The translations under genes and the position numbers were made by a program. A stretch of 64,000 nucleotides of DNA from Candidatus Dormiibacterota bacterium (GTDB taxonomy: Bacteria; Chloroflexota; Dormibacteria; Aeolococcales; Aeolococcaceae). The stretch spans positions 1,824,001 to 1,888,000 of the forward strand of contig OY970355.1 of NCBI GenBank assembly GCA_963718525.1, in the 5' to 3' direction. Below, one piece after another: positions 44,778 through 52,881 of this stretch. Numbering within the stretch: position 1 is the first letter of the stretch; every line of letters starts with the position of its first letter. The notes under the pieces were generated by a model. It ran no database searches. It was not told the origin of the DNA and worked only from the letters and a program-made list of their open reading frames with translations.

Positions 44778-45691
44778 CGCGTTTGCGCCTCCGCTTTCGC
44801 TGCGGAAGCGGTGAGCGCAAGGAATGCCGCGTCGAGGGTCGGGCGGATTGGCGAGAGTGAGATCACCCGGGCTCCTACGTCGGCAAGGAGCATGGGCAAC
44901 CGGAGCTCGACCTGATCGGCGGCTGTGGCGTGAAGCTCGATGCGCCCTGGTGCCGTCTCGGCGACCTCCAGCACCCAGGGGGCTGCCCTGAGGCGCGGTA
45001 TGAGCCGATCTGCCGGCGGGCGAACCTCGACCTGCCAGCGGTTCCCACTCACGGTCGCCAAGAGGTCGGGGGTCGTGCCCTGGAAGATGAGGCGGCCGTC
45101 GACCAGCACGCCGATGTCGCTGCACAACTCCTCGACCCCGGAGAGGTCGTGGCTCGAGATGACGACGGTGCTCTGGCCGGCCAGCGAGGCGAGGAGATCC
45201 AGAATGTCCGCGCGCCCCAGCGGGTCGAGGGAGGCCACCGGTTCGTCGAGCAGCAGGATCCGCGGCTCGAGGACCAGCGCAGCGCTCAGGTTGAGACGGG
45301 TGGTCATGCCTCGGGAGAAGCCGCCAACCCGCCGATCCGCTGCCTTCGTGAGGCCGACCCGGCCGAGCGAAGCGGACACGGCACCCTGATCTGCGCGTCC
45401 GCCAAGTAGGCTCACGGAGAGGGCCACCACCTCAGCCGCGGTCAGCCAGGGTTCGAACTCGGCGACGTCCGGGCAGTAGGCGATGGCGGAGTGGGGCGAA
45501 GCCAGATGGACCTCACCGGCGCTAGGACGACGGAGCCCCGCCAGAATCTCGAGGAGTGTCGTCTTGCCCGCTCCGTTCGGTCCAATGAGACCGTAGAGCG
45601 CGCCCGTCGGCACCTCCAGCTCGACGCCGGCCAGCGCGGTTGTCGTGCCGTACGTTTTGTCGAGTGCGGTCGTGGAAACGGCGATGGTCAG
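44774..45691 (-). CDS. ABC transporter ATP-binding protein
   Basis: GPNGAGKT, FSRGM and LLLDEP. The start is probably CTG within a CTGA overlap. Confidence 0.92.
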   Translation of the reverse strand: MTIAVSTTALDKTYGTTTALAGVELEVPTGALYGLIGPNGAGKTTLLEILAGLRRPSAGEVHLASPHSAIAYCPDVAEFEPWLTAAEVVALSVSLLGGRADQGAVSASLGRVGLTKAADRRVGGFSRGMTTRLNLSAALVLEPRILLLDEPVASLDPLGRADILDLLASLAGQSTVVISSHDLSGVEELCSDIGVLVDGRLIFQGTTPDLLATVSGNRWQVEVRPPADRLIPRLRAAPWVLEVAETAPGRIELHATAADQVELRLPMLLADVGARVISLSPIRPTLDAAFLALTASAAKAEAQTR

Positions 45692-45900
45692 CGGGGTTTC
45701 CCGACCGCGAGGTAGACGATCCCCGCCAACGGCGAGATGGTCACGCAGAGGATCGCCCACGCCCAGCGGGGCAGGTACGCGGCTCTCTTCGCTCTGGCGA
45801 TGTCGACCAGGCAGAAGACGTCGAAACCGACGACCACCACCAACAGAGGGACGAGCGCGGCCACCAGGGTCGCGCTTGCGATGGCGAGCATCGTTATCAT
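45688..45900 (-). CDS. PLDc_N-like small membrane protein
   Basis: The pattern CLVDI...PRWAW......PLAGIVYL. Confidence 0.8.
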   Translation of the reverse strand: MITMLAIASATLVAALVPLLVVVVGFDVFCLVDIARAKRAAYLPRWAWAILCVTISPLAGIVYLAVGKPR

Positions 45901-45908
45901 CTTCGTGA

Positions 45909-45941
45909 ATGATAGCAGAAGTGTGAACATTGTTCTAGGAT
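45909..45941. promoter_or_regulatory. Overlapping divergent leaderless promoters with a central dyad GAACA-T-TGTTC
   Basis: TAGGAT at 45936-45941 precedes ATG 45948. TATCAT on the minus strand (45914-45909) precedes the start at 45900. The dyad is at 45925-45935. Confidence 0.55.
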
Positions 45942-45947
45942 GGGCTC

Positions 45948-46643
45948 ATGGCCGATGCGAACCTGCTGCTCCACCCCATCCGCCTCCGGATCATCCAGGC
46001 GTTTCTGGGCGATCGCGCGCTGACCACCGGCCAGCTCAACGCCGAACTGCCGGACGTGCCCCCGGGGAGCCTGTACCGGCATGTCGGCCTACTTGTGAGC
46101 GCAGGCGTGCTCAGTGTCGTGGCCGAGCGCCGGGTTCGTGGCGTCGTAGAGCGCACCTACGTGCTTCGCGAGAGCGCCGCCTATGTGAATCCCGAGATGA
46201 CCATCGAGGAGCACCGCCGTGCGTTCATGACCTTCATCGCAGGGCTCCTCGGTGACTTCGACCGCTACCTAGCGCTCGGCCAGCCCGACCTGGTGCGTGA
46301 TGGAGTCGGGTATCGCCTCGGCGCGATGTGGCTGTCTGACGTTGAGTTCACCGAGTTCCTTCGAGACCTGGCTCGCGTAATCCAGCCTCGGATGGCGAAC
46401 GCTCCCTCGCCGGCGCGCCGGCGCCGCGTAGTGGCTGGGGTGACGTTGCCCACGTCCCCTGCACCCAAGACACGCTCAAGGGGCCGACAAAGGAAGGACC
46501 GAACGAGCCGTAGAGCTGAACTCATGAAGCTGTCCGTGGGCCGGCCCTGCCCCGTAATGGAGGTTATGGCGTCAGGCCTGCCCTACGCCAAGCGAACCGA
46601 CCATTGCTCACGCCAGTGTGGTCAACCTACATTTGTGGATTAA
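45948..46643 (+). CDS. ArsR-like winged-helix regulator
   Basis: LLHPIRLRI, SLYRHV..L and RGVVERTY. The C-terminal tail looks like read-through and stops inside motif X. Confidence 0.85.
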   Translation: MADANLLLHPIRLRIIQAFLGDRALTTGQLNAELPDVPPGSLYRHVGLLVSAGVLSVVAERRVRGVVERTYVLRESAAYVNPEMTIEEHRRAFMTFIAGLLGDFDRYLALGQPDLVRDGVGYRLGAMWLSDVEFTEFLRDLARVIQPRMANAPSPARRRRVVAGVTLPTSPAPKTRSRGRQRKDRTSRRAELMKLSVGRPCPVMEVMASGLPYAKRTDHCSRQCGQPTFVD

Positions 46644-46651
46644 CGGGCACC
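46625..46651 (+). repeat. Junction motif X, copy 1 (ACCTACATTTGTGGATTAACGGGCACC)
   Basis: 25/27 identical to 47866-47892. Confidence 0.85.
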
Positions 46652-46712
46652 CCAGCGCGCACTCACAACACCCGAGCCGAGCGGTCGCGCGTGGCAGGAG
46701 GATGATGCTTCC

Positions 46713-47156
46713 ATGTCATCGCACTCTCGTTGGGGGATTAGTCCGCGACGCAACATCGAGGCTGAATGCAGGCGCCGGGGGAAGGCCGAAGTGGTTGCGG
46801 GGTGCATCGCTCTCTTCGATGGGGACACGCGCGACCGCAGGCTTATCGTCGCCCTGGGAGGGCCGCCCGCGCGGGAGATGCTGATCGGCAACTCGCGCGC
46901 TGACCTTCTGCTCTGGACGCGGGTTTGGGCGGTCAGGGGCTTACTGTGGGCCTGGGACGAGTCGGCGCGCGACGCGCTCCGCGCCGCCCTAGACGACGAC
47001 GCCTGGCGAGTCCGGGAGATGGCCGCTAAGGTGGTCGCTCGGAACCTCCTCGGCGACGTCTTGAGCAGCTGTGCAAACCTGCGCAACGACCCCGTAGCTC
47101 GAGTGCGGCAGGCAGCCGGGCGATCGGTTGCCCGGCTGACCCTCTCTAGAGCCTGA
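46713..47156 (+). CDS. HEAT-repeat-containing protein
   Basis: ALDDDAWRVREMAAK and LRNDPVARVRQAA, with AGGAGG upstream. Confidence 0.8.
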   Translation: MSSHSRWGISPRRNIEAECRRRGKAEVVAGCIALFDGDTRDRRLIVALGGPPAREMLIGNSRADLLLWTRVWAVRGLLWAWDESARDALRAALDDDAWRVREMAAKVVARNLLGDVLSSCANLRNDPVARVRQAAGRSVARLTLSRA

Positions 47157-47332
47157 TGTGCCACCTCTGTTAAACGACCCACGGCACGTCCGCCTCGCTG
47201 ACGCCAGCGTGCCGTCAACACACTTGAACTGAGGAAGCGAACCACTCCAGAAGCGGCCGGGACCGGAGCGACGAAATCGCAACTCTGAGTGGTCCGAATG
47301 CCGCGAAAGACGGGAAGACCTGAACTCGGAAG

Positions 47333-47566
47333 CTACTGGAACGACGGTATGAACCTAATCGTCCTCTGGCCCGCAGCAAAACCGAGTCGGTTCTCGATCA
47401 ACTCGGGATGCGGGTCCGCGCGCTCCTGACCCTCGGCGAAGGTGCCCTGGTGGGGGTAACGCGCTCGCCCCATACCCGATGCGAAGTCGCCCCGCTCACC
47501 GGCGAGCTCTGGATGGTGCTCGGATATCTCTTGCCCCACGGCAAAGGTTCCCTCGTGCTTGTGCAT
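47333..47566 (-). CDS. Small protein (77 aa) with four FAxG(Q/M) repeats
   Basis: GGGAG RBS, GTFAVGQE / GDFASGM / GTFAEGQE / LGFAAGQR, and HPEL twice. Confidence 0.6.
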   Translation of the reverse strand: MHKHEGTFAVGQEISEHHPELAGERGDFASGMGRARYPHQGTFAEGQERADPHPELIENRLGFAAGQRTIRFIPSFQ

Positions 47567-47865
47567 GTCAGTCTCCCAGGACCCTGAATGACCGTCCAGC
47601 GCCGGGTCCCACAAGCCGACCAGCCGGTAGTGGTGGAACAGCCTTGAGCGTACGAAGGTGCGGTCACGACTTCCGTGCGGTGGCGAACATAAGCGAACAG
47701 CGTCGTCGACTCCGATCGGGGAAATCGATCGGGGAGGCCTCACTTGACCCGCCAGGAGCGCCTCTGTCGGCATACCTCGTGGGGTTGACGCGCTTGCCCA
47801 ACAGAGCGTGCTGTCACCTGAACCGGTCCGGGACGTGCCTGGCACCGGTCGAAGAAACCATTTGG

Positions 47866-47892
47866 ACCTACATTTGCGGATTGACGGGCACC
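47866..47892 (+). repeat. Junction motif X, copy 2
   Basis: ACCTACATTTGCGGATTGACGGGCACC, running directly into the HNH fragment. Confidence 0.85.
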
Positions 47893-47942
47893 ACGTCCTC
47901 CACTGGGGGCACGGCGGGGCGACCAACCTTGAGAACCTCGTC
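47889..47942 (+). pseudogene. DUF222-HNH gene fragment 1 (HHVLHWGHGGATNLENLV)
   Basis: 50/54 nt identical to 36623-36676. Confidence 0.9.
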
Positions 47943-47955
47943 AATCGTTAATACA
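47934..47955 (+). repeat. Junction motif Y, copy 3
   Basis: Identical to 38090-38111. Its first 9 nt are the N-L-V codons of the fragment. Confidence 0.85.
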
Positions 47956-48029
47956 TCCCCCAGAGCCCGCCGAGTGGGATCTGCTTCGGTTGGGCGAGGA
48001 ACTCCTAGTGCTCGCGCCTTGCGACGACC

Positions 48030-48958
48030 GTGAATCCCGGCCTGCCGACGTCTGCGGTTGGCGGTCCGGGCCAAAGAGGAAACAGCCTCCGACGTCGCTA
48101 TTCGGGTTCATTCGCCGACACGATCAGTCGGACTGGCGATCCTGTTGGTCTTCAGCCGTCAGGCTGGCTGATGGATTTGGCGCTGGTGCAGCACCCGCTG
48201 ATTGGGCAAGGTTGGTGCTGTCCGGCGATGCGATGGTGACGATTCGGGGCGCCTGCTCGACGCGGATTCTGTCCTGGAGGCCCTCAATCCCGCCCGTCAG
48301 CCAACCGGGAACACTAACAGCGTCGATGCCCAGGGGACGCCGCGCCCGGTGATCCATCCTGATGAGGGTTCGCGTGAGCCACTCGAAATCCTCATAGACG
48401 CCGTGACCTTGTTCAGCCCGCCACTGCTGGACATAGGGCTCAAGGACCGTCCACCAGATAAAGATGGCACTCCCGAACAAACGACAGAGCAGCTTGATGT
48501 CAAGGTGCCCGCTCCGGCTGAGCGAGCCCAAGCCTTCAAAGTAGTTGCCAACGGCTATTCCGGCCCCGGCAGGGATCTCGCGCTTATCGCGGGCGGCGAC
48601 GAGGATCGCGAGTCGATGGCGAAGAATGCGCTCGTCGTCGAACTGTTGGGATAATTCATTGACCAGCTCGACCGCGCGCCCGCTCCGGGCGAGTCGGACC
48701 TGGCGGTATATCGCGATGAATGTGATCGCAAGGGCCGTGAACTGGAGCGCGGCCCAGAACCACTCCGAGCCCGGTCCGATGAATGCCATCCCCTTGGTGT
48801 TGATGAACGTCACGTCCATACCTCCGTTGCGCTAGCAGGATGGGCGGGACGATACAAATCGCGGGATCCGCAAGCAACGAGGGACGCGAGCTAGCCTCGG
48901 AGGTCAGCACCAGCGTCGAGTTCAGTGTGGCAGCCCTATAGTGAATCCCGGCCTGCCG
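48030..48958 (+). repeat. 18-bp direct repeat GTGAATCCCGGCCTGCCG flanking one gene (motif Z)
   Basis: Perfect copies at 48030-48047 and 48941-48958. Confidence 0.8.
48124..48819 (-). CDS. Membrane-anchored hypothetical protein, DUF4760-like
   Basis: GGAGG RBS, an N-terminal TM ending IYRQVR, and GNYFE.LG. Confidence 0.65.
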   Translation of the reverse strand: MDVTFINTKGMAFIGPGSEWFWAALQFTALAITFIAIYRQVRLARSGRAVELVNELSQQFDDERILRHRLAILVAARDKREIPAGAGIAVGNYFEGLGSLSRSGHLDIKLLCRLFGSAIFIWWTVLEPYVQQWRAEQGHGVYEDFEWLTRTLIRMDHRARRPLGIDAVSVPGWLTGGIEGLQDRIRVEQAPRIVTIASPDSTNLAQSAGAAPAPNPSASLTAEDQQDRQSD

Positions 48959-49142
48959 GGCGCGATGTCGACTCCCCAGAGGCTAGTGTCGGGCGGTCTC
49001 AGCGCCGCAAGTCAAGCAGCGACCTGGACGCTGACGCTTCGCCGAACAAGAGATCCCCTCCACGCTGACAGTCGCTGGGCCGTCCTCCTCGGCCGAGAGG
49101 GGCTTACAAGAGGTCGGGGCCCCTCTTGCTGGCGAAAAGCAT

Positions 49143-49715
49143 CTAAGGATCGGGATTTGGCCCGGACGACGGCCGCCATTGACGCCTGATCAGCCCGTAT
49201 ACCCACGAGTCCGACACCTCGCCGTTCACGACGCAGTCCTCCCGCAACGTCCCTTCACGCACGAATCCGAGCTTTTCCAGGACGCGGGCAGAAGCCGCAT
49301 TGCGCGTATCGGTCTCGGCCTGGACTCGATTCAGGTCCAGCGTGTCAAATGCCCACTGCAGCAAGGCGCGCCCGGCCTCCGTCGCGTAGCCGTGACCCCA
49401 GGCCGCATCGTCAAGGCAGAAGCCCATCGACGCACTGCGGTAGTCAGGGTTCCACCGGGTCAGACCGCACCATCCGATGAACCCATTGTCGGAAATACGG
49501 TCCAGGGCCAGCCGCGCCCCGCTGCCGTCCTCTTCCATGCGCCCACAATCCGCGACAAAGCGCTCGGCCCGCGCACGTTCGCTCCAGGGCGGCGCATCCC
49601 AGTAGCGCAGCACGTAGGCACTACTGTGCAGCGCGAAGAGGGCATCCGCGTCCGCGCTGGTGAAGGGGCGCAACCGCAGGCGAGCGGTTCGCAGTGTCGG
49701 GGTGGGCAAGGACAT
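49143..49715 (-). CDS. GNAT N-acetyltransferase (RimJ/RimL-like)
   Basis: TARLRLRPF, WGHGYATEA and NAASARVLEKLGF. Confidence 0.92.
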   Translation of the reverse strand: MSLPTPTLRTARLRLRPFTSADADALFALHSSAYVLRYWDAPPWSERARAERFVADCGRMEEDGSGARLALDRISDNGFIGWCGLTRWNPDYRSASMGFCLDDAAWGHGYATEAGRALLQWAFDTLDLNRVQAETDTRNAASARVLEKLGFVREGTLREDCVVNGEVSDSWVYGLIRRQWRPSSGPNPDP

Positions 49716-49855
49716 TCGTGCCATCTTGCCTTTCCATGAGCGAAGGCGGGGCAACCGCCTACGCGAGCCCGAGACCCGGACCCCGCTGAGAGTCCAATCT
49801 ACAAGAGTGCAGCTCACGACAGGCGAGGTCCGGAACCCGGGCAAGCCAGATCGGC

Positions 49856-49940
49856 AATCTGGTCCAGCTCTGCCACCGCCATCACTGGAAGGTGCATGAG
49901 GGCGGCTGGCTGGTGTCAGGTCCGAGGAGGGCCGAATCCT
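49856..49940 (+). pseudogene. DUF222-HNH gene fragment 2 (NLVQLCHRHHWKVHEGGW...)
   Basis: 79/86 identical to 36668-36753 (6 substitutions, 1 deletion). Confidence 0.9.
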
Positions 49941-52755
49941 ACAACGCCCTGCCACGGCCACCAAGCAGGTCTTGCAACTGATCGAGCGGCATCGGACGCG
50001 CGAAGAGGAATCCCTGCGCGTACTCGTAGCCGATCTCCCTGAGGGTGGTCGCCTGCGCCTCGGTCTCGATACCCTCAGCGACGATCGATGCTCCGATCGC
50101 CATGCTGAGTTCAAAAATCGCCGCTGCCATCGATCGTGCCTCGGAGCGCTCGGCAACGTCGATGACAAAAGCGCGATCAAGCTTGATGACATCGACGGGG
50201 ACGTCTTGAAGCCGGGCCAGCGACGAGAATCCGGTGCCGAAGTCGTCGATTGCAATGCGTACCCCTCGGCTGCGCAGGCGCTCGAAGGCCGCACGAACCG
50301 CAGCCAGGTCATCCAGGAACGCACTCTCCGTGACCTCGATCGTCAGAGCCGTCGGGGGAAGTCCAGTAGCCTCAAGGATGCCGTCAAGCCACGTGCTGAA
50401 CTCACCAGCCATCAGCTGGCGGACGGAGACATTGACGCTGACCTTGAGATCGTGGTCGCGGTACAGGCGAGTCGTGTCTGCACATGCGCGTTTCATCACC
50501 CACTCGCCGATTGGGACGATGAGCCCGGTGGCCTCAGCGATTGGGACGAACTCCGCAGGCGAGATCGCTCCCCGCACCGGGTCATCCCAGCGCAGCAACG
50601 CCTCCGCCCCGACGATGCGGTGGTCAGTGAGGCTGACGATGGGCTGATACACGAGCCGTAGCGAGCCGGCCTGGAGCGCAGCCCGGAGACCGCTCTCCGT
50701 GGTCAGGCGATGCTGGAGGCGGCGGCGGGACTCGGCGTTGTAGATTCTCGTCTCGCTCCTGCCGGCGCGTTTCGCCTCGTGAAGCGCCGAATCGGCGTCG
50801 CGGAGAAGATCGACCGACGAGCCATCGGCGTGCGCGAACGCGATCCCAATCGATGCGGTGATGGTCACGGGGTGTCCATCGACCCAGACCACTTGAGGCA
50901 GAACCCGGCAGATCTGTTCCGCGACGTCGTGGGCGTCGCGCTCGGATGCGGCGCCCGGCACCACGACCGCGAACTCATCGCCACCGGGGCGCGCCACCAT
51001 GAGATCGGGGAGACCGCCCGTCAGGCTGGATGCGACCTCGATCAGGACCCTGTCGCCGACCTCGTGGCCGAGGCTGTCGTTGATCACCTGGAGGTCGTCG
51101 ACGTCAACCAGGAGGAGGGTGCAGGGCCGGTGCTGAGAGGCAAGGACGGAATCGAGATGCTCGGCCAGAGCGGCTCGAATCGGCAGACCGGTGAGGGGAT
51201 CGTGCCGCGCGATGAAGAGAGCCTGCTGTTCGGAGCGATGACGCTCGGTGACGTCAGTCACGACGGCGAGGACGCCGATGACGGTACCGCCCGCGTCCCG
51301 GCTGGGCGTGTAGAAGGCTTGGTAGAAACTGCCCTCCTGCTCGACCGTGGCCGTGACTTCCTCGCCGCCGAGCGCTCGGTCGACGAATGCGGCCCCGATG
51401 CCGTTGCCGGCGACAGCATCCAAGCGACGCCCAACGAGGAGCTGGATCGAGCCACCCTCGTACAGCCGGCCGGCGCCGTCGACCAGGCGGCCTTCAACAT
51501 CGAACGAGGCGACCAGCATCGGAACGGCCGCGAGGACCGTCTCGAGCAGGGCTCGGCTGTGCGAGCCGGCGGCCTCGGCGGCCACCTCGACCGAGATGTC
51601 TGTGGAAACTGAGATGACGCCGGTGATCTCCCCTGCATGATCACGGATCGGGGCATGCACTGTCGCGAAGGTCTTGCCTGAGTAGACCGTTCGCGTCGAG
51701 GACTGCTGCCCGTCGAGAGCGGCTTGAAGCGCACGCAGTGTGGCCTCGTCATCGATGACCTCGCGGATGTCGCGGCCGAGGAACTCGCTGGCGCGTCGGC
51801 CGGCCTGAGCGATCCCGCCACCGGCAAGGAAGGTGAAGCGCAGATCGCGGTCAACGGTGGTCACCGAGACCTGGGACGAGGCCATCGCCGTCTCGAGCAC
51901 CATCCGGCTCTCCCGCGTGGCGTCCTCCGCGGCCCGCTGCGAACTCAGCTCCTGTACCAGCACCAACAGCTGGCTTACACGGCCGTCCTTATCGCGGACC
52001 GCGCACACGCTGTCGAGCACAGGCACGAGGTGGCCGTCGCTGCATGGAAAGTCGCGTTCCACGACGTATGAGTCGATCTCGCCGCTCAGGAGGCGATCGG
52101 TGGGCGTCCGATCCCACGCGCCGCCGTGCCGGAAGAGCCGATCCCCGTCGCCACCCAGGAGTTCCTCTCGCGTGTAGCCCATCAGGGTGCAGAGGACCTG
52201 GTTTACCGCGGTGATGCGGAATCCAGGAATCTCCATGGTCAGCTGCCCGATCGAGGCATCCTCGAACATGCGCTGGTAGCGATTCATATCCTCGAGGAGG
52301 GCATGCTCGGCCGCCTGGGCACGACGCCGCTCGGTCACATCCTCGATGACCATGACGCGGCCGGCGAACGAAACGTCCCCGCCCTCAACGTGCATGCTGC
52401 GGACCCGACCCCAGACGACACTCCCGTCGGGTCGTTGGACGCCCCAGTCCTCTTCGGTTCCGGGCGCGAGGGCGATCGCCCTGCGCTCGGGGTACGTGCC
52501 GTCCTCGGACACCGACGCCGGGGCGAGCACCTCCGTAGCGCTGCGACCGAGGAGGTCGTCGCGGGTCCGACCGAAGAAGTGGCAGGCGGCGGTGTTGATG
52601 CGGACAAAGCGCTGGTTCGCATCGAGGACGACAAGAGCGAGGGACGACTCGTTGAAGGGCTCGACGAGATCGGAATTGCTATTGAGAGGTACTCCGGCGT
52701 CGTGAATGACTGGAGTGGTCGCATCGCCGTCCCGAGCCACGGTCCTGTCGTCCAT
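49939..52755 (-). CDS. Multi-PAS diguanylate cyclase/phosphodiesterase (GGDEF-EAL)
   Basis: About four PAS domains, HDPLTGL, intact GGDEF, EALLRW and IDDFGTG. Confidence 0.94.
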   Translation of the reverse strand: MDDRTVARDGDATTPVIHDAGVPLNSNSDLVEPFNESSLALVVLDANQRFVRINTAACHFFGRTRDDLLGRSATEVLAPASVSEDGTYPERRAIALAPGTEEDWGVQRPDGSVVWGRVRSMHVEGGDVSFAGRVMVIEDVTERRRAQAAEHALLEDMNRYQRMFEDASIGQLTMEIPGFRITAVNQVLCTLMGYTREELLGGDGDRLFRHGGAWDRTPTDRLLSGEIDSYVVERDFPCSDGHLVPVLDSVCAVRDKDGRVSQLLVLVQELSSQRAAEDATRESRMVLETAMASSQVSVTTVDRDLRFTFLAGGGIAQAGRRASEFLGRDIREVIDDEATLRALQAALDGQQSSTRTVYSGKTFATVHAPIRDHAGEITGVISVSTDISVEVAAEAAGSHSRALLETVLAAVPMLVASFDVEGRLVDGAGRLYEGGSIQLLVGRRLDAVAGNGIGAAFVDRALGGEEVTATVEQEGSFYQAFYTPSRDAGGTVIGVLAVVTDVTERHRSEQQALFIARHDPLTGLPIRAALAEHLDSVLASQHRPCTLLLVDVDDLQVINDSLGHEVGDRVLIEVASSLTGGLPDLMVARPGGDEFAVVVPGAASERDAHDVAEQICRVLPQVVWVDGHPVTITASIGIAFAHADGSSVDLLRDADSALHEAKRAGRSETRIYNAESRRRLQHRLTTESGLRAALQAGSLRLVYQPIVSLTDHRIVGAEALLRWDDPVRGAISPAEFVPIAEATGLIVPIGEWVMKRACADTTRLYRDHDLKVSVNVSVRQLMAGEFSTWLDGILEATGLPPTALTIEVTESAFLDDLAAVRAAFERLRSRGVRIAIDDFGTGFSSLARLQDVPVDVIKLDRAFVIDVAERSEARSMAAAIFELSMAIGASIVAEGIETEAQATTLREIGYEYAQGFLFARPMPLDQLQDLLGGRGRAL

Positions 52756-52881
52756 GCGCTGGACTTAGCACTTAACGAGGTCGGCACCGTCTTTCGCCGC
52801 AACTGTCACCGAGTCGGTGGCGGCGAAGCGCGGCGCGTCACCGCGAGGCGATCACTGCCCGGCCCTTACCTCGCGTGACAT

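Noticed and set aside
47158-47180. Possible degenerate motif Y (gtgccacctctgttaaacgaccc)
   Set aside because: It needs several gaps to align, so it was not counted.
35588-49941. Classical integron or CRISPR array
   Set aside because: There is no IntI or cas gene, no attC-like palindromes with matching RYYYAAC/GTTRRRY ends, and the repeats are irregularly spaced by kilobases.
42007-52787. Shared taa(c)cgaggtcggcac near 42007 and 52773
   Set aside because: It is short and GC-rich with only two copies, so it cannot be separated from chance or a promoter element.
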